From Macrostomum lignano (Eukaryota): a stretch of DNA of 24,840 bases. The notes under the pieces were generated by a model. That model was not told the DNA's origin, made no database searches, and worked only from the letters and a program-made list of their open reading frames with translations. Position 1 is the first letter of the stretch. Every line of letters begins with the position of its first letter. This document shows positions 1 to 11,266 of this stretch, in pieces. Location of the stretch: NCBI GenBank assembly GCA_002269645.1, contig NIVC01005147.1, forward strand, positions 1-24,840, in the 5' to 3' direction. The translations under genes were made by a program, and so were the position numbers.

Positions 1-3000
1 GTGACGCATCTGTTGAGTAATTTCAGCGATAATGGACAGCCATTGCAGCTTCCAGAAAATATGGTCAGTGAACTGCGAGACGCTCGATCAAATACTTCTG
101 AAGTGGTTGTGACAAATAGCTATAAACAACAATTAGACAAGGATGAGATGGCTCTTATACAGCGGCTTGGGTTGGCAGAATATTTTCCTTCAAAAATCGC
201 CTTATTGATGTCATGAAAGTGGGTGATGAGATGTATTCTGCTGCCTCTGATGCCACACGGCTACTCAGAAGATTTTAAAGTCAATCATTCAGGCGGACTA
301 CAAGTCCGGCTTTGAAATCGTTGAAGCTTGTAACATAAGCCCATCGGAAGGTAAGAAGGCGGTTTCTCAAAGCTTCTGGATGACGAAGACGATGAGGAGG
401 ACATGGCACACGAAGCAAAAGAAGAAGAAGAAAAAGAAGAAGAGGCAAAAAAACTGCACTACTCAGATTATTACTGGCTTGTCTTCTGAGGCTGCAACAT
501 GCGGCTTCAGCAACTCCTGGCTGAGAAGCTGAATGACTGCAAGCATGCCTTTCCTATCGCATCGGCCTGCGCCGGTTCCCTCAAACTCCGAGTTTGGTCA
601 CTACGCAGCTGCTGTTTTGTGCACCCTGATCCGCAGCAAGGGGGCAAAGTTTTACGATTTCGTCTGACGTGGACAAATTTCCCATCATTTCCTTTGTGAG
701 ACTTGAAACTCTCAATTCTCAAAGTCCAGTCTCATCAAACAAGTGCATTAGTGACAAGCATGACTTTTCCTGAGTTCAACTCTAACTCACCAGCAGAACA
801 ATTAGTGATGGATCGATAGAGCTGGCATGGGCAGTTCCTGATCCGCAGAACGAGTCTCTGTCTGCAGCAAGTCACCTGCGTTCTGAATCTACGAGGAGAC
901 GGCTGCTGCATCAAGAGCACTCAAGTTGCTGTCACGTCTGTCTGCATGTGTTGTTGTAATGCTTCCTGAGAGTGACACAGAAACAGATTCGGTTCTGACT
1001 GCACTGACCGAATCATGGAACGAAAGAGAAGTATCGTTTTGGTACGCACTTCGGAGAAAGTGCCACAGTGCATGAAGAAGGCCAAGAAGGAATTAGATGC
1101 GATGGGAGGCCTCTTTCATGCATCACCTGCTGGAGCAAGAAGGATCAAATGTCGCCCAAGAGCATTGCATGTGAGATGAAGAAAGTCCTTTCGAACTCGA
1201 TCTTAAAAAAACTATCACTTGAAAATCTCATCCATGGGTGACTTTCTGAGATGGCAAGTTTGACGAAAAGCAACAGTAGTACAGCAAGCGGTGAAGGCTG
1301 CTCAGACTGTAATGCAGTTTATCGATGAGAAGGAGGATCTGGCTGTCAGCAGGAACAAGAATTTGCCTCTCAGTGGCAGCATGTGGCAGACGATAGCAAA
1401 AGGAACAAAAACCTGTACAGAGACAACAAACGAATGGATTCAAATAAGAGGCCAAATGGGTTGAAGCTGAGAGAGACAAAATTCGGAAGGAGAGAAAGCG
1501 CCAATTTCTTTTTTTAAAGGAGCATGGGGAAGCCAACAGCTTTCTTTTTCAATTCATGATGTATGAAAGTAAAGCAACTGATGATTCGTGCAGAGAGATC
1601 TTCATGCAGAGGATGAAGCTCAGTCTTGACAGTCTGTGCCGTAGGAAGCTGCCGCAGCTCACATCTAATTATCAGCAAGCTCTGTACGGAATAGAGAGGC
1701 TCAGAATAAAACTTTGAATGTAAAGTCCTGCAATGATGAGCTTGTAAAATTGGAAAAAAAAGATGGAAGATTCCGCATTTGGATTAGAGCAGGTGTTTTC
1801 GGAGATCGGGCAGACGTACGAAGCTATTCATCACTGTTGCCGCTCGCAAGTTGGCGTCAGCCAGAAAGCGACTACAAAAGCGTGTTGACAATTTCGCAGC
1901 AGATCTCCTGTTGAAAGGTGAACCTCTCGAAGTGATGGATGGAATGCGTCTGCATTCCTGTCGACTGGGTGTCAGCTGTGCTCGAAGCCGAGAGAAAAGG
2001 TGGCAAAAAATCACTACTGTATTGGCAGTGGTGGGACTGCCAGAGCTCAGGAAATCAACTCTGCTGAATTCTCTTTTTGGGTTGCAGCTTGCAGTGAGCG
2101 CGGGCCGCTGTACGAAAGGAGCTTTCTTCAGCTGGTGCCGAATGACAAGCAGAAGTCCCAGCTGAATGCAGATTACATTGCCGTCATCGACTCTGAAGGT
2201 TTGAGGTCGTCAGAGATCGCAGAAGGCTCAATGACTCACGATAATGAGTTGGCAACCATGATTATTGGATTGGCAGATGTCACTATCATGAACATGTACG
2301 GAGAAGGACTCACTGACACAAGGGACATTTTGCAGGTGTCGTGCATGCTTCTGAGAATGAAAGCTGCATTTGAGACATATCAAGAAGAATCTTGCATTTT
2401 CGTTCATCAAAAATGTGGCTGCCTCAATGCAGCTGAAAGACTCGAGTTGCCAAGGAAAAGCTGTTGACACAACTGGATCAAAGCACTAGGGATGTAGCAA
2501 AAGAGGAACAGCAGCTTGAGGTAACCCGGTTCACAGATGTGATTGAGTTCGCGAGATAGTAATATATTTTTTCCTGCCTCATCTGTGGGAGGGCAAGCCG
2601 CCAATGGCCCCCGTCAGCCCTGACTATTGCAAGGATGTAATGAAAGTGAAAAGGAGGGTTATTGAAACTTTGAAATGTCTCTCTGACAGCAACCTCTCCT
2701 TTAGCGAACTCTCACAGCGCATAAAAGATCTGTGGAATGCGGTGCTGAAGGAAGACTTCGTATTCAGCTTTCAGAATACAATTGAGCTCCAGGCGTACCG
2801 AGATGTGGAGCAAAAGTTTGCGGAGTTGAAGATGATGATTGAGAAAGCTGCATCAGATTGGTTGTGTAGCAACATCACACTGATTTCTGGAAGCAGCTCA
2901 AGTGAAAAACTCGAGAATAATTTTAGAGATGCAGAAAATAAAATGAGGACTCATATCTTTGGAGTTGCTCAACGGTGTCAAAGGAAATGACCGAGTTCAT

Positions 3001-4982
3001 CTGTAGCCATCGGAAGAAGAGATCTGTAAGAAGTGGCAGCAGGAAAGGGAAAATGCCCTTAGAGATCTGCGGACAAAGCAATAAGCGAAACCCATAGCAG
3101 TCTCATGCGGTCCAAGGGAGATACAACGCGTGAAGCTGCTCATCAGAATGATATGGGAAAATATCGAGAAGAAATTCTGGAGAGAGCAAAGACTGGCCAA
3201 TGAAAACAAGGAAAGAAGATGAGTGACCAACAGCTGGAGGTACAGCAGAGATGGCAGAGAGTGAAGTGCGGCTGGAAAAAACTGATGTATGGGATGGAGA
3301 GAATATCTTGAAATCTGTTCTTGACCAGAACAATTATAATCAAGGACACTGCTTAACAAGGAATGGACGCTAGACATGCTGTGCCATTTGCTGGGCAGCG
3401 AATTTCAGGCTCATTTCCGCTTATGCGTGTTGAAAAAGATGACTTTTCACATGTTACTGGTTGGAATAAGGTTTGGAAAGAGATTAAAAAGTCATTTGGC
3501 TTGAGACTGCAGAGAGCTATGTACACTCTGAATGCAATGAAATTCTGAAGGAAGCTGATGAAGTGCTTGATCAGTCAAAGACCTTGGAGCCGAAAGTAAA
3601 TTTGAGATTAGCGCTGACTCAAATCGTCAGCAGTATCCGCGATCACGTCTCCATGTTCAACTCCAGTGACACCGAAGGTAAAAAACCAAAAGTGTCGCTG
3701 AAGCCAAAACTCGCCATAAAGCTTTCTGTACACGCAGGCCGCTCTGCTGAGATGATTCTCAGAAAAAGGCAGGGTGAGTTCGATGCACAGTATGGACTGA
3801 AAGCTCAGCTCGAGTCTTTCAAAGAGACCGCTTTTACTGTCTTTAAGAGTCTGTACAAAAAAGAGAGTGAAGAAGTTATGGCTGCCAACTTTATTGCCAG
3901 CAGCATAAAACAAGCTGCGATCGTGCAGGTGCGTCAGTTGGTAGCAAACCGTGTTACACTCGACATAGAATCCCAGTTTTCAGGCATGAAGCTTGGGCTC
4001 ATTAAAGCGATTTTAAGGGACTTAGCAGACAGAGAACCATTTCAAGAATTTCAAGCCTACCTACACAACAGCAAACAGTTTGCGGAGAGTTGGCTGAAGC
4101 CAAGATGAAGTATTATTTGCTTAAAAAGGATGATGAAACGAAGCGCACACGACTGCGGAATCTCATTAAGACAATGCTGGTGTCTTGATTGGAAACGTTG
4201 AGAAAGATATCCGCGACGCTGCAGACAGTGTTCATTCAACGAATGCCCAGAATGCGGTGACTGGCTGCAGCCTGGGTACGTTGGTGCATGTATTCTGTGA
4301 AGGACAGAGAACTCTCGGGATAACACCCGACGACTTTGAGCAAATCAGCCAACTTTCTGTCGCAAAGCTGTCGGATTTTATCCGGGTGTTAAAGACGAAG
4401 ATCAATGACTTAACTGAGCAAATTGAAACGCAGCTGGACGTCCCACTAGAAGAGTTTGACTGGGGTGAGAAGAGTCCCCATTTGTGCGCCTGTGAAAGGC
4501 TGTGGGGCTGTCCTGAGCAGTGCCCGCACTGCAGTGAGCCATGCACAAATATGACCGGATGTGGTTCAGGTAATAAGCATTGCTGCATGCAACACAGGAT
4601 TAGGGCTGTGTGTGGAGGTTCTATAGAAACACCCGATGAAGAACAGATTGGGGTGATTTTAGGAACATGTGGGTATCATATCGCCAAAAAAGAAGAATTT
4701 TGGTGTACCTCCACATGTAAGAAAACTGGAAGATGCGAACCTTATGCGAAGCAATATACACAGAGAAAATACCACAGCTACTCGGATTTTCACAAAATAT
4801 TCCTTGATTGGAATGTCCTGCCGGATCAAGCAATGGATAAATGCGACTATTGGAAATGGTTCCTCGTCACTTTCAAGGAGGAACTTGAGAATTACTACAA
4901 CTGGAAAGTCTGTGATATTCCTGACTACGGCGTCACCAAAACCCAAGCAATCGAAAGTCTGGACAAACTGTACAAGGGCTAA
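1..4982 (+). pseudogene. GVIN1: Very large interferon-inducible-type GTPase (GVIN1/VLIG, URGCP-related), 5'-truncated by the window edge. Frameshifted as written, so either a pseudogene or an unpolished assembly.
   Basis: Successive + strand ORF fragments carry family motifs in the expected order: QQLLAEKLNDCKHAFP (499-), GEPLEVMDG, VLAVVG..KSTLLNSLFGLQLAVSAGRCTKGAF (G1/G2, ~2020-2130), VIDSEGL (G3), HDNELATMIIGLADVTIMNMYGE, CIFVHQ (G4), PMAPVSPDY, FSFQNTIE, then C-terminal WGCPEQCPHCSEPC...H...HR and YWKWFL, with stop TAA at 4980-4982. No introns are needed to join the fragments, only 1-bp shifts, plus one in-frame TGA at 487-489. Family assignment is from recalled consensus, not a search. 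Confidence 0.85.
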
Positions 4983-7936
4983 CTAATATATGAAAGATCA
5001 TCGATAAGACATCTGCTTCTCGGTGAGGAGTTGCATTGACGTTTGACAAAATTTTCTGTTCAAAATTTATTTGTCCGAAACTTTAAACAATAATAGCTTA
5101 CGCAGTTATGGGTTACAATATAGGTCCTGCTGCTATTAAGATAAGTTTCCTAATTATCAATCTCATAGACAGACAGAATATTTTCGAAATATTTCGGACA
5201 AAAAATGAAAACTCTTGCAGTTTTAATTTTGTTTATCTACGCTCTGTTTATTGGTATAAAGTTTTTATCCTTTTAAATTACGTAAAAAGACCAGAAATTT
5301 TGAAACTGTATGATTCCAATTTTTGTCGCTTTTGCTCGCGGAGTCAGTTTGAACTGCACTGTAGATTTTAACTGATTCGGTATTTGCAGAAGTTTCCCTT
5401 TTGTGGCGTGTTGTTCTTAATTCTCGCTTTAATTTTCTATTTATTTTTTCTCAATATACTATTTAGCAGTTATTCTATTATGATTCTTAGTAAATTTTAA
5501 ACTCCAGAAAAACAACAATATTTTGCGCTTTTCCTCGTCTTTATCAAATTTTGGTTCTACGTCCTTTTGCTGAAATCCTCGAAATATTTCTGATTCTTGA
5601 CTGTGTTCGTCAACTGAGTTCAAAACAATCTAGCTAGCTCGTATCTATATAACGTTTTTGGGATTTTTGTTCTCCTACTATTTAAACTTTCCCCCCTTTT
5701 TAAGCTGTGCTTAACAATGACCTTAACACACTATTATTTAGTAGCTTATTCAATAACTCTCCATTAATCATTTTTTATTACACTTTATCAGTGCTAAATG
5801 CCTAAACTATGCTATCGGCGAGTGAATAGCTTGAGAAAGTCGCACATATTTTCCCGAAGGCAATTAGACACATTCAGCATTGTCAAAATTGGAAAATTAG
5901 GAAATAAATAATTCGTCTGTGAGCCCGGGATTCTTTTCACAAATGCTACAAAATCCGATACTTTGTCAGACCAGTCGACGACAGACAGACCCCACGGTTC
6001 TTCACTTGGGTCTTGGTGTCTTCAAATTTCTTCAAATTTTTAATGCAACTTCGGCGGTTGTTAACATTCTAGCTAGAGCTTAGTGTTGGCATGAAGTCCT
6101 AACTATAGTAATTAGCTATTCAAATTATTCCCTGGGACACCGACTAAGGACTGACATGGGTTTACGTAAAGTTGATATCCCCTTTCTATGCGATGACCCT
6201 ACAGGCTATATCACATTGATAATTTTGTTTAATCTTTGTTATTCGTTTAATATTATATACATGTACGTGTGGCTGTCTTCTATCCACTTTTGATTGCGTA
6301 TTTATCCCGTAGCTATAGCTAATCAATATTAAATAATTATCCAGACAAAAATATACGTGTTTCATGCACTAAAACGGACACGATTTTTTCAACTATATTT
6401 AGTCCATCATCACACTATTGGCTTTTCTGCATTCATACTTTCCTATTAAAAGTGAAAAAACAAATAATGTGAAGATGAAGCATTGAGTTATGTTTCAAAA
6501 CTTTTCGTTCTGCAGTTCTTGAGCTCCAATTTTAAGCTCTCTGGGGCGTTAAGAGCCTGTAATATTTATTTACGGTAACCCACCGATAGCTGTATGTAGA
6601 TATCAATTTTCAAGGCATCAAAGTTATAACAGTTATTCAGTTTTTTAGTACAAAACCAGATCGTACAGAACTAAAAGCACACATCAGTAGAGACTGCAGC
6701 TGTGCACGTTGCCCGCTGGGCAGCCGAACGCTTTGGCAAAACCCGGAGCGTTGGACAGAACTGTGTTGGCCCTGCAGATTGAAATAATTGGAACATTGGA
6801 ACATATTCGTCATACATGTTGACTAATTACGAGTATATGGGTTGCAGTTTATTATAAATTTCTGTTGTTGCGAAGTGCCTTTCCCGGGAAAAAAACATGC
6901 TGAAACTTCCCAAGTCAACCATGTACTTGGATGACATTGTTGACTTATCAAGTTTGCAAAGTATCATTGTCATGAACTTAGAAAGTATGCAATGTTCTTG
7001 TCCAACTTCAATTGACTTGCAAAGCTTACAAAGTACTGCACGCCCTGTCTCTACATCCAAGTACTTCGAAAGTACTTGAGAAGTGACTCGAGAAAACATC
7101 GTAAGTACTAAAGGAAAGTACTTATTGAATGCACTTGGAAAACTTAAAAAGTTAATGGGCGGTACTTGCCTCGAGGTTGCATTGCGTTGACCAAGTACTC
7201 AGCAAGTTTGGTTTGTTCTTATTTCTCTGTTTAGCAGATTTATACATGTACGAGCGTAGCTTATGCTCATAGGTGAAGTTAGTTCACAGGGGCCTTTAGC
7301 TGCCTCAAATTAAGGCAAGCAATCATACGGATGAGGACTCAACCACACATTCGCACAAAGTTTACAACAGCATCTTCACTCAATTCCGAACTCTAACCAG
7401 ACAGACACGTCATCACTAAAATACTCTTCTCCCCTTTTAGATGAAGTTGAGCTGAAGAAAGTTTGGCAATAAAATGATTGAAAATAGTTTGCCTAACTTT
7501 TAACACCTCAGGAACACAAAAAATGAACTTCTTCAAAGATTTCCCTGCCCGAGGAACTCACAGAGCCCGGCTCAGAATCAGAAGAGCATCATCGCCATCC
7601 GAATGTTTAAAGCCGTCAGAGTCGTGAAATTTGCCGCCGAGGCCTCGTCGCCAATCGGCGCCTCTGCTGGCGCGGCGCACCGCCAGACCGCTGGCGCCGC
7701 GCTTGTGGCAGAACTTCTGAAATCACGGCGACGAACATTAAAATCACGGGTTGATTAAGATTTTGTGCATGCATCCAGCTTTTATGCCGTAGCCCCATAG
7801 TCAAGCGCGGCGCTCTGATGTTCTAGCGGCCCAAGCTCGATTCCAAGTGCAGTCGCATTAATTCTGGGGCTATAGATTGGAATCTCGGCTTGGCTCTGCT
7901 CGTGCAATTAACGCCCTAGAGGTCCATTCCCCAAGA

Positions 7937-8054
7937 CACAGTGAAGTGTACATGCCTAACGATAAATAAAGTTAGGGCCGCTGTACACTCCTGTGTGAGT
8001 GTGTGCCTGTGCGTATGACTGCGTACGTATCCGCGCGCCTGTGTGCCTTCTCAG
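7937..8054 (+). mobile_element. Dispersed hairpin repeat, copy A
   Basis: GTGTACA(7946-52) TG CCTAAC GATAAATAAA GTTAGG GCCGC TGTACAC(7982-88), then CTGTGTGAG and a GT/GC-rich tail. Confidence 0.75.
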
Positions 8055-8146
8055 GCCGGGAAGTCGGCGGAATGAGCAGTTATGAATCTCGCCGGTTGTG
8101 TGACAATGTCGCTTAAAGTGCACCAGGATGCGCACAGCCCCTGCCT
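8051..8146 (-). CDS. Candidate terminal exon of the M13-like gene (RQGLCASWC...QPARF...SADFPA*)
   Basis: Strong pyrimidine tract and TTAG acceptor at 8148-8147, in phase 0 with exon 9. Weak similarity to the M13 C-terminus (Q..C, P..F, SA[DE]F). Other candidate exons exist at about 8426, 8221 and 7714; not resolved. Confidence 0.25.
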   Translation of the reverse strand, partial: RQGLCASWCTLSDIVTQPARFITAHSADFPA

Positions 8147-8249
8147 CTAACAAAGAAAAAAAATTTATAATACTAAAATCGCGGTACCGTGTCTATGTGA
8201 CTATCGAACCAGGTACCGATTCTGCAATAATTAAACATTAACATCATGG

Positions 8250-8365
8250 ACACAGAGTGTACATGCCATACGATTAGAAAGTCAAGGGCCGCTGTACACC
8301 CTGTGTGATCGAGTGTGTGAGTGCGCGCCTGCGTACGTACCCGTGCGCGCGTGCGTGCTCGGGGA
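8250..8365 (+). mobile_element. Dispersed hairpin repeat, copy B
   Basis: ACACAGAGTGTACA TGCCATAC GATTAGAAA GTCAAGGGCCGC TGTACACCCTGTGT, tail ending GTGCTCGGGG. Confidence 0.75.
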
Positions 8366-8484
8366 TCAGGGGATTGTTGACCTGCTTTAACTGAATTTTA
8401 TTCAAAGTTCAACAGCAGAGTAACTCCTAAACAGTATCAATTAGATTTGTGTCGACTCGTCATAAGAGTACTGCTTAGAGTTAC

Positions 8485-8840
8485 CTGCATATAGAACACG
8501 TAGAACATCTGGTCCTCGGTGAGGTGCAGCAGCGGCAGCCGCTTGTCCGGCCGTCCGCCTTGCAGCCGGTGGGCGTCAAACTGAGCTCGAGCTGAGCTGA
8601 CCGCGGCCATCTCCCTGGCTGTCCAGTTGCTCAGTAGCAGCCTCTGATGCTGATTGCGCTCGCTCTGATAAGGGATGGAGAGAGCAGCTGAAGGCTGTAA
8701 AGTTGGCAAGTCTTTGTTTAAAACCATTATAAATTGTCTTGCCTTAAACAAGTCCATGATGCATGCCGTTCGCTTGCGATATTCGGAAATTGTGGCGTCT
8801 GACCACCAACCGCTGGTCCTCTGCGCTTCGTATGCGTGAC
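8485..8840 (-). CDS. M13-like gene, exon 9 (possibly split by a 48-nt GC-AG intron at 8695-8742)
   Basis: Acceptor TTTTCCTGCAG|, donor CAG|GTAACT. GWWSDATISEYRKRTAC...RLPLLHLTEDQMFYVFYMQ matches WWs...F..r..C and Lpgl..t..QLFF..yaq. Confidence 0.8.
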
Positions 8841-8939
8841 CTGCAGGAAAAAAAAGTTATCAAAAATTTGAGCCAAATAATTCCAGTCTGGACTCATACG
8901 CTTGTTTTCACGACGGAGCTGTCTTCTCTCCGACAAATT

Positions 8940-10396
8940 CACTGTCATCTCTCTGATCAAGTCACTGTCATCTCTCTGACCAAGTCACTGTCATCTCTCT
9001 GACCTAGTCACCGTCATCTCTCTGACCAAGTCAAAATCATCTCTCTGACCAAGTCACCGTCACTTCTCTGACCAAGTCACCGTCACTTCTCTGACCAAGT
9101 CACCGTCACCTCTCTGACCAAGTCACCGTTACCTTTCTGACCAAGTCACTGTCATCTCTCTGACCAAGTCACTGTCATCTCTCTGATCAAGTCAACGTCA
9201 CCTCTCTGACCAAGTCACTGTCATCTCTCTGACCAAGTCAAAGTCATCTCTCTGACCAAGTCACTGTCATCTCTCTGATCAAGTCAACGTCACCTCTCTG
9301 ACCAAGTCACTGTCATCTCTCTGACCAAGTCAAAGTCATCTCTCTGACCAAGTCACTGTCATCTCTCTGACCAAGTCAAAGTCATCTCTCTGACCAAGTC
9401 ACTGTCATCTCTCTGACCAAGTCACTGTCATCTCTCTGACCAAGTCACCGCGTCATCTCTCTGACCAAGTCACTGTCATCTCTCTGACCAAGTCACCGCG
9501 TCATCTCTCTGACCAAGTCACCGTCATCTCTCTGACCAAGTCACCGTCACTTCTCTGACCAAGTCACCGTCACCTCTCTGACCAAGTCACCGTCACCTCT
9601 CTGACCAAGTCACCGTCACTTCTCTGACCAAGTCACCGTCATCTCTCTGACCAAGTCACCGTCATCTCTCTGACCAAGTCACCGTCATCTCTCTGACCAA
9701 GTCACTGTCATCTCTCTGACCAAGTCACCGCGTCATCTCTCTGACCAAGTCACTGTCATCTCTCTGACCAAGTCACTGTCATCTCTCTGACCAAGTCACC
9801 GTCATCTCTCTGACCAAGTCACCGTCACTTCTCTGACCAAGTCACCGTCACCTCTCTGACCAAGTCACCGTCACCTCTCTGACCAAGTCACCGTCACCTC
9901 AAGTCACCGTCACCTCTCTGACCAAGTCACCGTCACCTCTCTGACCAAGTCACCGTCATCTCTCTGACCAAGTCACCGTCATCTCTCTGACCAAGTCACC
10001 GTCATCTCTCTGACCAAGTCACCGTCACTTCTCTGACCAAGTCACCGTCATCTCTCTGACCAAGTCACCGTCATCTCTCTGACCAAGTCACCGTCATCTC
10101 TCTGACCAAGTCACCGCGTCATCTCTCTGACCAAGTCACCGTCACCTCTCTGACCAAGTCACCGTCATCTCTCTGACCAAGTCACCGTCATCTCTCTGTC
10201 CAAGTCAGCGTCATCTCTCTGACCAAGTCACCGTCATCTCTCTGACCAAGTCACTGTCATCTCTCTGACCAAGTCAAAGTCAAAGTCATCAATCTAACCA
10301 ATTCATTGTCATCTCTTTAACCAAGTCATTGTTATCTATCTGACAAAGTCAAAGTCAAAGTCATCTCTCTGACCAAGCCACCGTCATCTCTCTGAC
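8940..10396. repeat. 23-bp minisatellite (GTCACCGTCATCTCTCTGACCAA) x ~60
   Basis: Direct reading; fills about 92% of intron 8 of the M13 gene. Confidence 0.97.
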
Positions 10397-10427
10397 AGAT
10401 TCGCTGTCATCCCTACGCAGCACTCAC

Positions 10428-10719
10428 TTGTAATGTCAAAGGACTGCAAGATTTCATGCGCCATCATGCTGGCAGCCCCGCTGTAGGCCAGCAGCTGCGG
10501 CAGGCCGGCCGACGGGAACAGCGGCACCTGCAGAGCGCCCGCCTGAGCCAGCAGCTCGCGGTCGTAGGCCAGATAACGAAGTCCAGGCTCCCACAGCTGG
10601 CCCCAGTGCTGGAAATCCAGCGGATTGTAGGTCTGGGTGAGCAGCCGGGCCTGGCGAGTCTTCCAGTAGTTGATGCAGCTCACAATCAGGCTGAAGTAGC
10701 TGTGCGTACTCGGATCAAT
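10428..10719 (-). CDS. M13-like gene, exon 8, degenerate catalytic motif (AHEILQSFD)
   Basis: Acceptor GTTTCAG|, donor A|GTGAGT, phase 0 to 1. GALQVPLF...LLAYSGAASMMAHEILQSFD aligns with the M13 pattern GiLq.PfF...nyg.iG.vigHEitHgFD. Confidence 0.85.
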
Positions 10720-10902
10720 CTGAAACGTACAGGAAATCTGCATGGAGTTGCTGATGCTGCTGCTTGGAACAACACTCTTAACAGGGCAGCACAGTGGAAA
10801 ATGCGTCTGACTGGTCTCGCGCCACGACCCCTGGTATGATGACGCGATAAATTGACAAGGGTTGCCGTGCCATTCACGCCCATGAGGGCCCAGCCCCCAA
10901 GG

Positions 10903-10980
10903 CACAGAAATTGTACATGTACGCTGACGATTAGAAAGCCAGTCAGGACCGCCGTACACCCTGCGTGAGCGTGTGTACCC
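10903..10980 (+). mobile_element. Dispersed hairpin repeat, copy C (intron 7 of M13 gene, antisense)
   Basis: TGTACATGTACG CTGAC GATTAGAAAGCCA GTCAG GACCGC CGTACACCCTGCGTGAGCGTGTG. Confidence 0.7.
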
Positions 10981-11089
10981 TATTGGCGCGCTTGTAGGTT
11001 TTCAGGAGTCAGTGGAACGGGAAGAATTGTCGAAGTGCTGGTTGTGAGACGATATATATTAAATATGTATTGAGCAGTAAGCTACTCAC

Positions 11090-11266
11090 CTGGCGGAACT
11101 CCGCGTCCAAATAACTGTCATCCCAGGCCTCATCTGGGTAGCCGGTTTTCTCCACCATGTCGGCCAGTCGCTGCTTGGCTCGACGCTTCGTCTCGTCGTC
11201 CATCCAGACCAGCCGGTCGATGCTGTCCTTCGCAGCCCGGCGCATCTTCTCGAAAAGAGCACCGGC
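11090..11266 (-). CDS. M13-like gene, exon 7 (AGALFEKMR...WMDDETKRRAKQRL...GYPD)
   Basis: Acceptor ATGCAG|, donor CAG|GTGAGT, 59 codons. WMD..T...A..K and GYP motifs. Confidence 0.85.

Noticed and set aside
1034-4946. Minus-strand ORFs overlapping the GTPase region
   Set aside because: Antisense shadows of the + strand coding sequence, with no independent motifs.
4990-6800. AT-rich spacer as a possible transposon remnant or RNA gene
   Set aside because: No terminal repeats, coding remnants, tRNA cloverleaf or Pol III boxes could be recognised by eye.
7937-7943. CACAGTG (RSS heptamer / Transib-like terminus) at the start of element copy A
   Set aside because: Only one copy has the full heptamer. 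There is no nonamer, no consistent 5-bp target duplication, and homology extends beyond the putative right end.
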